Origin: Chiloscyllium plagiosum
Taxonomy: Eukaryota
Assembly (NCBI RefSeq): GCF_004010195.1
Contig: NC_057756.1
Span: 8,562,773 to 8,618,776 of the forward strand
Length of the DNA: 56,004 nt
Reading direction: 5' to 3'
Below are positions 11,950-24,475 of the stretch, one piece after another. The notes beneath the pieces are model-generated. The model ran no database searches. It saw only the letters and a program-made list of their open reading frames with translations, and was not told the DNA's origin. The position numbers and the translations under genes were made by a program. Position 1 is the stretch's first letter; every line of letters begins with the position of its first letter.

Positions 11950-13271
11950 AGCTGAAAGAATCTCAGAACTGTTGGGCAATTGCAATGGTAGAAGTTCCTG
12001 CACTCCTTCCTTCCTGGGCCCCCGCTGCCTCACTGGTAGTCACACCCTCCCTCCCTGACCATTGACCAGATGAAAAAGCCTTACCCCTGAAGGGTGTGAC
12101 TGCATGAAGAACATAGAATAGTACAGCAGAGGGACAGGCCCTTCAGCCCCATCCCCCCATGTCTCTGCTGAACCATGATGCCATTCTAAATGAATCCTAT
12201 CTCCCTGCATGTTTTCTCTATCCTTCTATTCCCTGACTGTACTGGTGCCTGTGTAAATGTCTCTTAATTGTTGCTCACGTCTCTACCACCTCCCCAGGCA
12301 CCTCCCACCCTCTGTGTAAAAATCTCAGGCATCTTGAAATGTGCGCCTTCTTGTTTTAAACCCTTGCTCCCCAATATTTGAAACGTCCATCCTTGGGGGG
12401 GGAGGGATGGAAACAGACTCAGATTTCTGCCCTATCCATCCCTCTCACAATGTTCGATACTTCGATCAGATTACTCCTCAGCCTCTGTGAGGGTGTTTTC
12501 GTGAAAAAAAATCCAAGCTTGTCCAACCTCTTCTTCTGGCTAATACACCCCAATCCAGGCAACACCCCCATAAGCCTTTTGACCTTCTGGTACAAAATAT
12601 CCAGGAAACATTCCCCCTCCCCCCACCACCTCCTTGATGTGTTGCTTATGTCTTCAGTTCAGTTCTTCTCAATATATATTTTGTCGAATCACCCTGTTGA
12701 TCCACATCTCTAGGGGCTTGAGACCTTGGCCTCCTGGCTCAGAGCTGGTGACGCTGCCTCTGCACCACAAGAGGCTCCAGTCTTCCGCTCATTTTATTTT
12801 CATTAATCTATTTTCCTTAATGTTCAGAGATGGTGTTATAGGTCGTTCTGCTATAACACATCGTTCGTCAGTGCCAATTGGCTGTAGGGTGAAGGACAAA
12901 TGGTGGACCTTGTTTGGATAACACGCACTTCCTACCGAACGGTCATGGTGACTTTCTATTGGTGATCGTCTACAGCGCGAGGTGGCAGAGCAACACAACT
13001 GCCGCGTTAAAGCAGAACGACCTGTGCACAACTCTGGAGCAGGAGAAAGTGAGGACTGCAGATGCTGGAGATCAGAGTCAAGATGTGGTGCTGGAAAAGC
13101 ACAGCGGGTCAGGCAGCGTCCGAGGGGCAGGAGAATCGACGTTTCGGGCATAAGGCCTTCATTGCTGATGAGCCTTCTAGTCTTCAGATCATACGTCCAG
13201 AAGATCTGTTTGACCCAGATCTCAGTGCTATCCACGAACTTTCATTTCCTGCACGCTGTGACACATTGCGG

Positions 13272-13566
13272 ATTGCATGGTGGCTCAGTGGTTAGCACTG
13301 CTGCCTCACAGCACCAGGGTCCCAGGTTCAATTCCAGCCTCAGGCAACTGTCCATGTGGAGTTTGCATATTCTCCCCGTGTCTGCGTGGGTTTGCTCCGG
13401 TTTCCTCCCACAGTCCAAAGATGTTCAGGCCAGGTGAGTTGGCCATGCTAAATTGCCCATAGTGTTAGGTGCATTAGTCAGAGGAGGGTGGGTTGCTCTC
13501 GGAGGGTCAGTGTGGACTTGTTGGGCTGAACGGCCTGTTTCCACACTGTGGGGAATCTAATCTAAT
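13272..13566 (+). mobile_element. HE1-type SINE
   Basis: GGTGGCTCAGTGGTTAGCACTGCTGCC head, GGTTCAATTCC B box, (TCTAA)n tail. Confidence 0.85.
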
Positions 13567-14985
13567 CACCTGTCCTGCCATCCTTAATCTGTTTTGTTTA
13601 TTAACTATTTAACCTATTTGTTTTTGGGTTTTTTTCCTTTTTTTTCAGATTAATCCAGTTCCCACATTATTTTACACCTCAAGAACAGAACAGGCTTTAA
13701 CCACTTCCCAATTACTCACCAAACTTAGCCCAAATGTGTGGTACTCGAAAGTCCCATCCGGTCAGGAGCAGGAAAGTCAATGTTTCAAGCATAAGTTCTT
13801 CATCAGGTATGTGTGGGGGAGAGGTGGTGGCAAAGAAGATTGACAGGTAGAACAGGTCATGAGGATGGTGCTGAGCTGGAAGGTTGGAATTGGGGTAAGG
13901 TGGGGGGGGAGGGGAGATGAGGAAACTGGTGAAATTGACGTTGATCCCTTGTGGTTGGAGGGTCCCAAGACAGAATGCAGGTTATTCTTCCTGCACGTGC
14001 CCAGTGGCTAGGATTTGGCAGTGGGGGAGGCCCAGGGCTTGATGCTGCCTGACCGGCTGTGCTTTTCCAGCATCACACTTTGTGACTCTGATCTCCAGCA
14101 TCTGCAGTCCGCACTTTCTCCGAGCTTGTTTCTTACTTAAATCTATGCAGATCCTTCTTCCGAAAATGATATGTTGTTCAAATTTTGAGGTATTGATGGA
14201 CATACTTTCATGGAAGTTTCTCACCAAACAATGAACCTATGATTCTTACCTAATATTGTTCTTTGATTTTCTTTTGTTCACGTTCAGCACCCTTGTGCAG
14301 ATTGTCATCTCTTGACGGCTGACAAAGAGAATAGGACTCCCTCCTCCCCTCATCAGATCTCTTATTGACCAAATCTTCAGTAATTTTACTCTAATCCTCT
14401 CCACTCCCATTTCAAGGCTGAGAACAGAACAATTCCTGGGTGAACTAACTCCCCAGAGACCGGTTTCCCATCACCCAGTCAACTTTTATCAAGTCCTTGA
14501 CACTGATGCATCTCCCTCGGAGCCAGCTCTCTGAGTGAGCAGAACGTCTGACCCTCCTGTTTCTATCCGCCAGCCAGAGCTCCCTGATTGGACCAGGTTA
14601 ACAGACCCAATCAGGGAACTCGGATTATATGAGATCGACGTGGCTGACCTTGTTACAATCGCTACACTGGAACTATTGCAAATCCTAACATATTACAGTG
14701 TGCAGGTACGTTAGAAGCCCTGATTATTTTGCAAACATGAGTAAATTATAATTCCCAGATGCATGTTTTCCCAATGACATGAGAATTCCCTGGTCTGTTT
14801 CAAGTTCAGAGCACATTATAAATCTCAATAAATTACAAGTTTGGGTATATAACAAATGTGTGTTATGATTGTCAATAGATAGATAGATAAATAAAATTTA
14901 TTGTTGCTTGTGTTGCGAAAATTTGGTAAAAGTGTCTAAGTCGCCATAAAAATAGCGCCATTTAATTACCTGAATTTTATATATA

Positions 14986-15107
14986 ATGGAATGAACAAAA
15001 AATGACACTTGTCTTGCCTTTGTGTTTTATATGTATATTTATAAATATATATATACATACATATAAAACACAAAGGCAAGACAAGTGTCATTTTTTGTTC
15101 ATTCCAT
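14986..15107. repeat. Perfect 51-bp inverted repeat with 20-bp AT-rich spacer
   Basis: 14986-15036 is the exact reverse complement of 15057-15107. Confidence 0.9.
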
Positions 15108-15139
15108 GGCCTCTTTGTTTCACAAACCGAGCACTGCTG

Positions 15140-16280
15140 AAGGCCTGTCGAAACCATCAAAGGCCAGGGGACGTGTCGAAACTGCCAAGGACCAGGGGCC
15201 TGTCAAGATCATCAAGGACCAGGGGGCATGTCGAAACCATCAAGGACCAGGGGGCCTGTCGAAACCATCAAGGACCAGGGGGCCTGTCAAAACCATCAAG
15301 GACCAGGGGGCCTGTCGAAACCATCAAGGATCAGGGGACCTGTCAAAACCGACAAGGACCAGAGGGCCTGTCAAAACCATCAAGGATCAGGGGACCTGTC
15401 AAAACCGACAAGGACCAGAGGGCCTGTCGAAACCATCAAGGACCAGGGGACCTGTCGAAACCATCAAGGACCAGTGGGCCTGTTGAAAGTGCCAAGGACC
15501 AGGGGGCATGTTGAAACTGCCAAGGACCAGAGGGCCTGTCGAAACTGCCAGGACCAGGGGGCCTGTTGAAACCATCAAGGACCAGAGGGCCAGTCGAAAC
15601 TGTCAAGGACCAGACGGCCTGTCGAGACCATAAAGGACCAGGGGGTCTGTTGAAACCATCAAGGACTAGGGGACCTGTCGAAACCATCAAGGACCAGGGG
15701 GCCTGTCGAAACCATCAAGGATCAGTGGGCCTGTTGAAAGTGCCAAGGACTAGGGGGCATGTTGAAACTGCCAAGGACCAGAGGGCCTGTCGAAACTGCC
15801 AGGACCAGGGACCTGTTGAAACCATCAAGGACCAGAGGGCCAGTCGAAACTGCCAAGGACCAGACGGCCTGTCGAGACCATAAAGGACCAGGGGGGTCTG
15901 TTGAAACCATCAAGGACGAGGGGGCCTGTCAAAACCGTCAAGGACCAGGGGGCCTGTCGAAACTGCCAAGGACCAGACAGCCTGTTGAGACCATAAAGGA
16001 CCAGGAGGCCTGTCAAAACCGTCAAAGACCGGGGACCTGTCGAGACCATCAAGGACGAGGGGGCCTGTCGAAACCATCAAGGACCAGGGGGCCTGTCGAA
16101 ACAGCCAAGGACCAGGGGCCTGTTGAGACCATCAAGGACGAGGGGGCCTGTCGAAACCGTCAAGGACCAGGGGGCCTGTCGAAACCGTCAAGGACCAGGG
16201 GGCCTGTCGAAACTGCCAAGGACCAGGGGCCTGTTGAAACCGTTGAGGACAGGGGTCTGTCGAAACTGTCGAGAACCTGT
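15140..16280. repeat. Minisatellite, 28-bp unit (GCCTGTCGAAACCATCAAGGACCAGGGG)
   Basis: About 40 variant copies; some higher-order blocks repeated. Confidence 0.92.
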
Positions 16281-16439
16281 CTGTCCAACCAAAACAGCTG
16301 CGTCTTAGCCACAGACTGAAGAAAAGATGAATTTGAGACAAAAGATGAAATTAGGAAATAATAATAATCAAAACAAGCATGTGGCCAATCAGCAGAAAGG
16401 GATGGAATGGGCCAGAAGGTCAAACCCAACCGAACACGA

Positions 16440-16601
16440 CCTAATCTGCTGTCTCCCCCACCTAACCTGCTGTCTCCCCCACCTAACCTGCTGTCTCCCC
16501 CACCTAACCTGCTGTCTCCTCCATCTAACCTGCTGTCTCCTCCACCTAACCTGCTGTCTCCTCCACCTAACCTGCTGTCTCCACCACCTAACCTGCTGTC
16601 T
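16440..16601. repeat. 21-bp tandem repeat (CTAACCTGCTGTCTCCCCCAC) running into the gap
   Basis: About 8 copies. Confidence 0.9.
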
Positions 16602-17101
16602 NNNNNNNNNNNNNNNNNNNNNNNNNNNNNNNNNNNNNNNNNNNNNNNNNNNNNNNNNNNNNNNNNNNNNNNNNNNNNNNNNNNNNNNNNNNNNNNNNNN
16701 NNNNNNNNNNNNNNNNNNNNNNNNNNNNNNNNNNNNNNNNNNNNNNNNNNNNNNNNNNNNNNNNNNNNNNNNNNNNNNNNNNNNNNNNNNNNNNNNNNNN
16801 NNNNNNNNNNNNNNNNNNNNNNNNNNNNNNNNNNNNNNNNNNNNNNNNNNNNNNNNNNNNNNNNNNNNNNNNNNNNNNNNNNNNNNNNNNNNNNNNNNNN
16901 NNNNNNNNNNNNNNNNNNNNNNNNNNNNNNNNNNNNNNNNNNNNNNNNNNNNNNNNNNNNNNNNNNNNNNNNNNNNNNNNNNNNNNNNNNNNNNNNNNNN
17001 NNNNNNNNNNNNNNNNNNNNNNNNNNNNNNNNNNNNNNNNNNNNNNNNNNNNNNNNNNNNNNNNNNNNNNNNNNNNNNNNNNNNNNNNNNNNNNNNNNNN
17101 N
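16602..17101. other. Assembly gap (500 N)
   Basis: Run of N. Confidence 1.
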
Positions 17102-17690
17102 GTGGCTGTGCCTTCAGCTGCCTGGCTCGGAAGCTCTGCAATTCCTCACCTAAACCTCTTTGACCAAGTTTCTCTCCCTTCTTCTCCCTCTGTTATTCCA
17201 ATGTCTCTTTCTCTATACTACACAATGTACAAGGTGCTATTGAAAGGCAAGTTGTTGCTCACTCTCCTGCACTGTTTGAACCACACAGCCCATCCCTTAT
17301 CCTGGGTATTGGAGGGTTCAGTCACTGAGAATACCATCTCCTTTGTTTCTCTCAATATCCACATCTCTGTGCTCCCCGCCTTTCCCCACGTACAGCCCTC
17401 ACTGTGGGAGGAGGAACTACTGCAGGGCTCTCTCACTCTCTCCTCTGGCCCTCCCTCTGTCAGTCAGCACAGCTCCTGTGGAGTGCCCAGCTCTTGCCCA
17501 TTGCCTCCCCTATAAGCCTCCTCTTCTCTACACTCTGTGCTCCGTCACCGTGCAGCTCCTGTCGCCCATTTTCCAGCTGCATTGGAAAAGGATGATGACG
17601 GTTATTTAATTGTCCTGAACAGCCCCTTTACACTCGCGTCCAAAATGTTGGATTCTTCTAACCTGTACTCTGCTTGTTTCTCTCTTCTAG

Positions 17691-17865
17691 GAATTATGTT
17701 CGAAGCCAACACTCCAGCGATCGAAATGAAGCATCGAATAGTGTCTCTTTGAGAGAGGTGACCTGTTCAGGTGAAGCACAGAGCCTTGTACCAACAGCAC
17801 CTGAGCATCAGGATGGAGCAGCTGGAGAACAAAACCTTCTGGGGAACGGGGCTGTCCAGCACTGA
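17691..17865 (+). CDS. Cytoplasmic-tail exon of a paralog (gene A) of the IgV membrane gene; upstream exons not visible
   Basis: Acceptor TCTCTTCTAG, phase 2. NYVRSQHSSDRNEASNSVSLREVTCSGEAQSLVPTAPEHQDGAAGEQNLLGNGAVQH* is homologous to 38940-39099. Flanks 17102-19750 align to ~38315-39990. Confidence 0.65.
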
Positions 17866-18526
17866 CTGAGTTTCCATTGCACTGAGCCTGGTTCAGGGAT
17901 GGAGGAGTCAGCCCAGTGTTGAGGGGAATCGAGTGATTCCTGGCGGAAAGTCTGAGCTCAGGATTGGGATCAACAATCACTTCCCACTTTTCACAAACTC
18001 TCTTAGCAGTACCATCTCAGGAGGGAAACTCTCAGTGGGGGGGTGTTATCAATTTAGATTAGATTAGATTACATTAGATTAGATTACATTACAGTGTGGG
18101 GTGTTATCAATTTACAAGAACAACTCTCCAAATACTTCATCCTCTGTTTTGTATCTCAGCATTCCTGTTACAAACTGTGTCCAAACCCAGTCTCAGGTTT
18201 CATCTTGATGATTGTCACCCCATTGATCCTTCCCTGAGAGAGGTTTTTCCAAGATAATTTCCAAAATTATTTATTCTATTGATGAATGAGTGGAAACATC
18301 AGGTAGTTTCTGATAAATGTGTTTCCAGTGTGGGTGATACTGTCAGTGCCCCATTTATTGTCCATGTGGCCTTGACCCACTGCAGTCCTTGTAGTGATGG
18401 TGCTCCCACAGTGGGGAACATGGGAAGAGGCTTCAGAAACTCCCCCTGCAGCAGCACCTACTGGGCAAAGCCAGGAACTACATTATTGCCTACAGTATTG
18501 TAATGAAGGTGTTAATAGTGTATTGA

Positions 18527-18832
18527 TATTAGATTAGATTAGATTACATTACAGTGTAGAAACAGGCCCTTCGGCCCAACAAATCCACACCGACCCGCCG
18601 AAGCGAAACCCACCCATACCCCTACATTTACCCCTTACCTAACACTACGGGCAATTTTGCATGGCCAATTCACCTGACCCTGCACATCTTTGGATGGTGG
18701 GAGGAAACCGGAGCACCCGGAGGAAACCCACGCAGACACGGGGAGAACGTACAAACTCCACACAGTCAGTCGCCTGAGGCGGGAATTGAACCCGGGTCTC
18801 AGGCGCTGTGAGGCAGCAGTGCTAACCACTGT
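18527..18832 (-). mobile_element. HE1-type SINE, absent from the paralogous copy near 39650
   Basis: (TTAGA)n tail then body matching the other copies; CpG-rich, so young. Confidence 0.85.
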
Positions 18833-21800
18833 TACAGAAATATCCTGTAAGTTTATTTATGACTTCTGTGTATGAAGTAAGATTGGAAATATTTTATTTG
18901 TGGACATTTTGTATTTTTAGCCTGGATATTGCTTTTCTACCTGTACCTTTTGCTCCAAGCTGTGATTAAAGAGAAGCTGGTGTTGATACTAGTGTGCCTG
19001 CAGTCTGATGTTTATTACCATCATTATTACGAGCAACTGTTTTTGATGCAGGATTCAGATACTGGATGGTTTACAGATTGAAACTGCATCTGGACAAAAC
19101 TGTACTGATGTGTCTTCTGTCTAGTTAACTGTTAATTTTCTTCTAAATTTTTACAATTCTATTTTCAGCATTGTGTATACCAATACAAAAATATAACTCA
19201 TCAATAATTAATTCATACAGTTGTATTGTAAATGTTTTATAAATAAATCTGTCAGGTACAGTTAGATTTTCTATCAGCACTGTTTGTTCCAGGGTGCAAT
19301 TAAAGGGAAGCTGGTGTGTATGTACAGGATTCTGTGAATATTTTAGAGTTGGATTTATCTGTATTTGTATCCTGGATATTTATCCTGACATTGGACAGAT
19401 ATGTCTGTAAATTGAAATATGACTTTTGGAAATGTAGTATTTGCTCCAACAGTGGTTGGTCATAGTTTTCAATGGAAGGATACAACTTACTTTTCTATCT
19501 ATTGTTAGTTTTCTACCTGTAGTTTTTGCTCCAAGCTGTGGTTAAAGAGAAGCTGCTGCTGATATTAGTGGGTCTACCGTCTGATATAGAATGACTCTGC
19601 TGGTCACTGCATGAACAGAGGGGCTGGTATCTGCAGGCATTAAGTCCCTGATACAACTTGGAGTGAATGGAATTGGCTGAAGACTGGGATCAGTGATTGT
19701 GGGAATCTCAGGAAGAGGCTGGGGATGATCATCCAGTTGGTGTTCCTGGTGATTGGGAGTATAGGTGTTTGGGTGAGGGGGCATGGGGAGTTTGAGAGCT
19801 TCTGTTACCCCAAATACAACATTTAAGGAATATTTATCTTTTTCTGTATAAACTTAATGACATTACACCCCCAAACCACACATTCCCTGTGGTGGAGGCT
19901 GGTACAATTGCAACATTTAAGAGGCATTTGGATGGGTATATGAATAGGAAGGGTTTGGAGGGATATGGGCCAGGTGATGCCAGGTGGGACTAGATTGGGT
20001 TGGGATATCTGGTTGGCATAGACAAGTTAGACCAAAGGGTCTGTTTCCATGCTGTACATCTCTATGACCTCTTCCTCTGGGACATCAGTAATTGAATTGA
20101 TGTCATTTTCAGATTTCACCCTGGCCTGGACAATTTCTTCAACTTTGCTTCCAATGTCCCCTCTTCTCCCACCTTCATAGTCTTCCTGTTCACTCCTGGT
20201 TAGTAAACACTATGAGACCACATGGGATTGTGGGTAAGATACTGACAGAAATTGAAAATAGACAGACTGTCCATCTTTAGGTGGGAACTTACATTTTAAG
20301 AATGTATAGCATTGGGAGAAAGGTATTTGACCCCTGAAGCATGTTCCCCAGTCAATAATATCATGGCTAATCTTCCTCCACTCCACGTTCATGTCTGATT
20401 CCCATGTCCTGGAATTCCCAACAAGGCAAAAATCTCAACAATGAATCTACCAAAACGTCTCCTACAATCCGGATCAGTTCTGGTTCACTAATGTCCTTCA
20501 GAAAAGGAAACTACCATCCTTAGCCGGGCTGGCTGACATGTGACTCCAGACCCACAGCAATGTGGTTGACTCTTAACCTAGTCTGGGTAATTAGGGATGG
20601 GCAATAAATGCTGGCCTATTCAGCAACATCCTCATCCCAGAATGAATTTTTAAAAAATCATTGATGCAGTGCTAAGAGACTATATTAATGATATACATGT
20701 AATGTATATTAATGATATGTTAAATAATGCAGTGCTGAGAGACTGTATTAACACCCTACATTGTCTCCGCACTCCCAATGACGAAACCCATCGCAGGGAC
20801 AAGAGCCCTATAAGGCAGAGAGACACTCACAGTGCAGTGCTGAGGGAGTGCTGCAGTGTCAGAGGGGACATAGGGACAGATTGCTGCAATGTTAGATATT
20901 CTGTTGTTCGGCTGAGACATTGAACTGAAGCTTCATCTGAGAAAATAATCCCTTGGCCATGATCTGGAAGATTTTTGGGCAGTGATTTCACTGGAGACAG
21001 GATTTATTCCTAAATGAAATCAGGAATCAATGAAATGGATGATCTGCTTTCACCATGAACCAGATTTTGTGGGAGTGGGAGCGTGCTGTGCCGTATTTGT
21101 GGCAATACACACTTCAAAACATCTAATTTCACTGTTATCGGTGACAGGCAACTTTGGGATGTCCTATGGTCCTGAAAGACAATGTGGAAATGCAGGTCTT
21201 TGTTCAATTTACTCGAAGGTCTCCCTGAAATACCACTGTGTGCTCACCTGGTGGCGCTGTTACTATGGCTTGGCCATTTGGCGGTGGACAGCACCGCCAT
21301 CTACTGGTTTCAGTTACGTACTGACATAGCCCCATAACACACACTCCCCATGGCACAATCCATTAGACACACAGACACACACACATGTACTCCATAACAC
21401 ACAGACTGTAATGGACATAGTCTAATACAGACTGCAACAGATAGAAGGAACGTCCTGATTGGAATACCTGCCAATACTCAGAAGCATCTTGCTCCAGTGA
21501 AAGGCTTATAATGATGGCCGTGTCATGGGGGAACCGCTCTCCAACACAACGGGAAGAGGGACCCCATTGATACTGTCAAGCCAAAAGGATAATTGAAGCT
21601 GGGGGTGGGATGATGGCCCGGGGCTGGGAGGGATAGAGAGCTGTCAGAAACACACCCCTTTGTGGGTACACACCTCCAAGGGCTCCATGAGCAGGAGAAA
21701 GAGAGCCAGTGCTGAGGGATGTGCACTGGGTTAGGAGTGGTCACCTTTCCAATGCACTGACCAGAAGTGTGTGTGGGAGCTGGGGAAGCCTCGAACATTT

Positions 21801-22099
21801 CATAAATCCTGTCACCTGATGCTGCTGCAGAAACCCATGGAAACCACTGAGACTGAGAGCTGGAGCAATCTATGACTCAAATCAGATCACTGTTCCCCCC
21901 TCCCCCCTATGCAGAGACTTCTAACAACCTGTTCAGGGATGTTAGGACACATCTCTGGAGAAGATGAGATTTGAACTGAGGCTAGAGGTATCCGAGAGGT
22001 GGGGTCACTACCACTACACCCATCCCTTGTCGAATCAACAGTGTGTCTGATAGGAAAAAGCAGTCACCTCCATTTTACGGAATCATTTTGGGGAAGATA

Positions 22100-22655
22100 A
22101 ATTGAGGAGGGAGGGGGTGTGGGGTGGGGGGTCAGCAGGAGCGTGTACCAGGGGCCAGGGGACCAGATGGACAGACACACCGAGGGGGTGTGGGGGGTCA
22201 GCAGGAGCGTGTGCCAGGGGCCAGGGGACCAGATGGACAGANNNNNNNNNNNNNNNNNNNNNNNNNNNNNNNNNNNNNNNNNNNNNNNNNNNNNNNNNNN
22301 NNNNNNNNNNNNNNNNNNNNNNNNNNNNNNNNNNNNNNNNNNNNNNNNNNNNNNNNNNNNNNNNNNNNNNNNNNNNNNNNNNNNNNNNNNNNNNNNNNNN
22401 NNNNNNNNNNNNNNNNNNNNNNNNNNNNNNNNNNNNNNNNNNNNNNNNNNNNNNNNNNNNNNNNNNNNNNNNNNNNNNNNNNNNNNNNNNNNNNNNNNGA
22501 CACACCGAGAGGGTGTGGGGGGGTCAGCAGGAGCGTGTACCAGGGGCCAGGGGACCAGATGGACAGACACACTGAGGGGGTGTGGGGTTAGCAGGAGCAT
22601 GTACCAGGGGCCAGAGGACCAGATGGACGGACACACTGAGGGAGTGTGGGGGGAG
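22100..22655. repeat. G-rich ~68-bp tandem repeat spanning a gap (22242-22498)
   Basis: GGGGGGTCAGCAGGAGCGTGTACCAGGGGCCAGGGGACCAGATGGACAGACACACCGAG copies on both sides of the Ns. Confidence 0.85.
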
Positions 22656-23551
22656 CAGCTTCATTGAGCAGCTGTGTCCATGCTCTCAGTCTGGGTGGCA
22701 GCCCCACTGGGATCGAGCCTGGGAGCGGTGGAGGGGGCAACAAGAGAAAGGGGAGTGCAGGGGGAGGGGGAGGGGGCCCAGAACTGCCGGCTGGACTAAA
22801 CCTGCACATTGCTGGTAACCCCGAATCCCTGGGGTTGGGAAGGTCGAAGGGCGATGAGAGAGAGTCACCGTGGGCCAGGGGCCAGGAAATGGCTGGAGAG
22901 AGAAGGAGAAGCCCCACACAGGGCTGAGGGACATGGAAAGGAGACAGGCCCTTTAGGTGGGGAGCCGACGACTCAATATCTAAACTTCATGGGGAGAAGG
23001 GAAAACGCTAATGGAGAGCTTGAAGGGAAATAAAAGGTGGGATCTCCCAGACTCACCAGAGGAGGGAAAGATCTAGTGGGAAGCAGAAACAGAAACTGGG
23101 GCAGGAGTCAGGGAAAGGTTTGGAGAAATCATCTTGGAAATATCAGAGTTTTTTGGAATGCTCAGAAGAGGAAAGTATGTGTGTGTGTTCAGAAACTGCA
23201 GGATTATTCCAGAGAGGGAGGGAGAAAGGACAGGCAGGATGATATAAAAATGTAGAAGAGGGCACATTGTGCTGGGATATGAAGGGCTGGGGAAAAGGAG
23301 GCAGCTGTAACTGATAGAGAGCTCTTTCCTCCTGCACCCTCACTTTTGGTTCAATATCCCCTCAACCACCAGCATTTAAATCAAACAGAGAATCTGATCA
23401 TTATGACAGTGCTACGTGTGGGAGCTTACCGTGTGCAAATTAATCACCATAATTCTGATATTACAACAGTTCCTTCACTGACAGGGAAGCATTTTGGGAT
23501 ATGGTACAGAGGTGAAAGGTGCTGTATAATGTAAACCCTTCCTGAAACTGA

Positions 23552-24450
23552 GTCATAGAGTCATAGAGATGTACAACACAGAAACAGACACTTCAGTCCA
23601 ACCCGTCCATGCCGACCAGATATCCCAACCCAATCTAGTCCCACCTGCCAGCATCTAGCCCATATCCCTCCAAACCCTTCCTATTCATATACCCATCCAG
23701 ATGCCTTTTAAATGTTGCAATTGTACCAGCCTCCGCCATATCCTCTGGCAGCTCATTCCATACACGTACCACCCTTAGCTCAAACCCTCCAACCCTGGCA
23801 ACATTCTTGTAAATTTTTTTCTGAACCCTTTCAAGTTTCACAACATCTTTCCGATAGGAAGACCAGAATTGCACGCAGTGTCCTAACCAATGTCCTGTAC
23901 AGCCGCAATATCACCTCCCAACCCCTGTACTCAATACTCTGACCAATAAAGGAAAGCATACCAAATGCCTTCTTCACTATCCTATCTACCTGCGACTCCA
24001 CTTTCAAGGAGCTATGAAACTGCACTCCAAGGTCTCTTTGTTCAGCAACACTCCTGAGGATTTTACCATTAAGTGTATAAGTCCTGCTAAGATTTGCTTT
24101 CCCAAAATGCAGCACTTCACATTTATCTAAATTAAACTCCACCTGCCACTTCTCAGCCCATTGGCCCATCTGGTCAAGATCCTGTTGTAATCTGAGGTAA
24201 CGTTCGCTGTCCACTACACCTCCAATTTTGGTGTCATCTACAAACTTACTAACTACACCTCTTATGCTCACATCAAAATCATTTATATAAATGACGAAAA
24301 GTAGTGGACCTTGCACCGATGCTTGACCCAGGACTCCACTGGTCACAGGCCTCCAGACTGAAAAACAACCCTCCAACACCACCCTCTGTCTTCTACCTTT
24401 GAGCCAGCTCTGTATCCAACTGGCGAGTTCTCCCTCTATTCCGTGAGAAT
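23552..24450 (-). mobile_element. 5'-truncated CR1 LINE (RT C-terminal half and 3' UTR)
   Basis: QGPLLFVIYIND...SKFVDDTKIGG...WQVEFNLDKCEVLHFG; (CTATGACT)n-type tail. Confidence 0.85.
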
Positions 24451-24475
24451 AATATAAAAGAAAGTGTTCACACCA

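Noticed and set aside
13272-13345. tRNA-like A and B boxes (also in the other copies)
   Set aside because: SINE heads, not tRNA genes.
15002-16341. Many overlapping repetitive ORFs; CRISPR-like appearance
   Set aside because: 28-bp head-to-tail minisatellite with no unique spacers; eukaryotic context.
16327-17163. ORFs spanning N-runs (also 22064-22667)
   Set aside because: Created by assembly gaps and tandem repeats.
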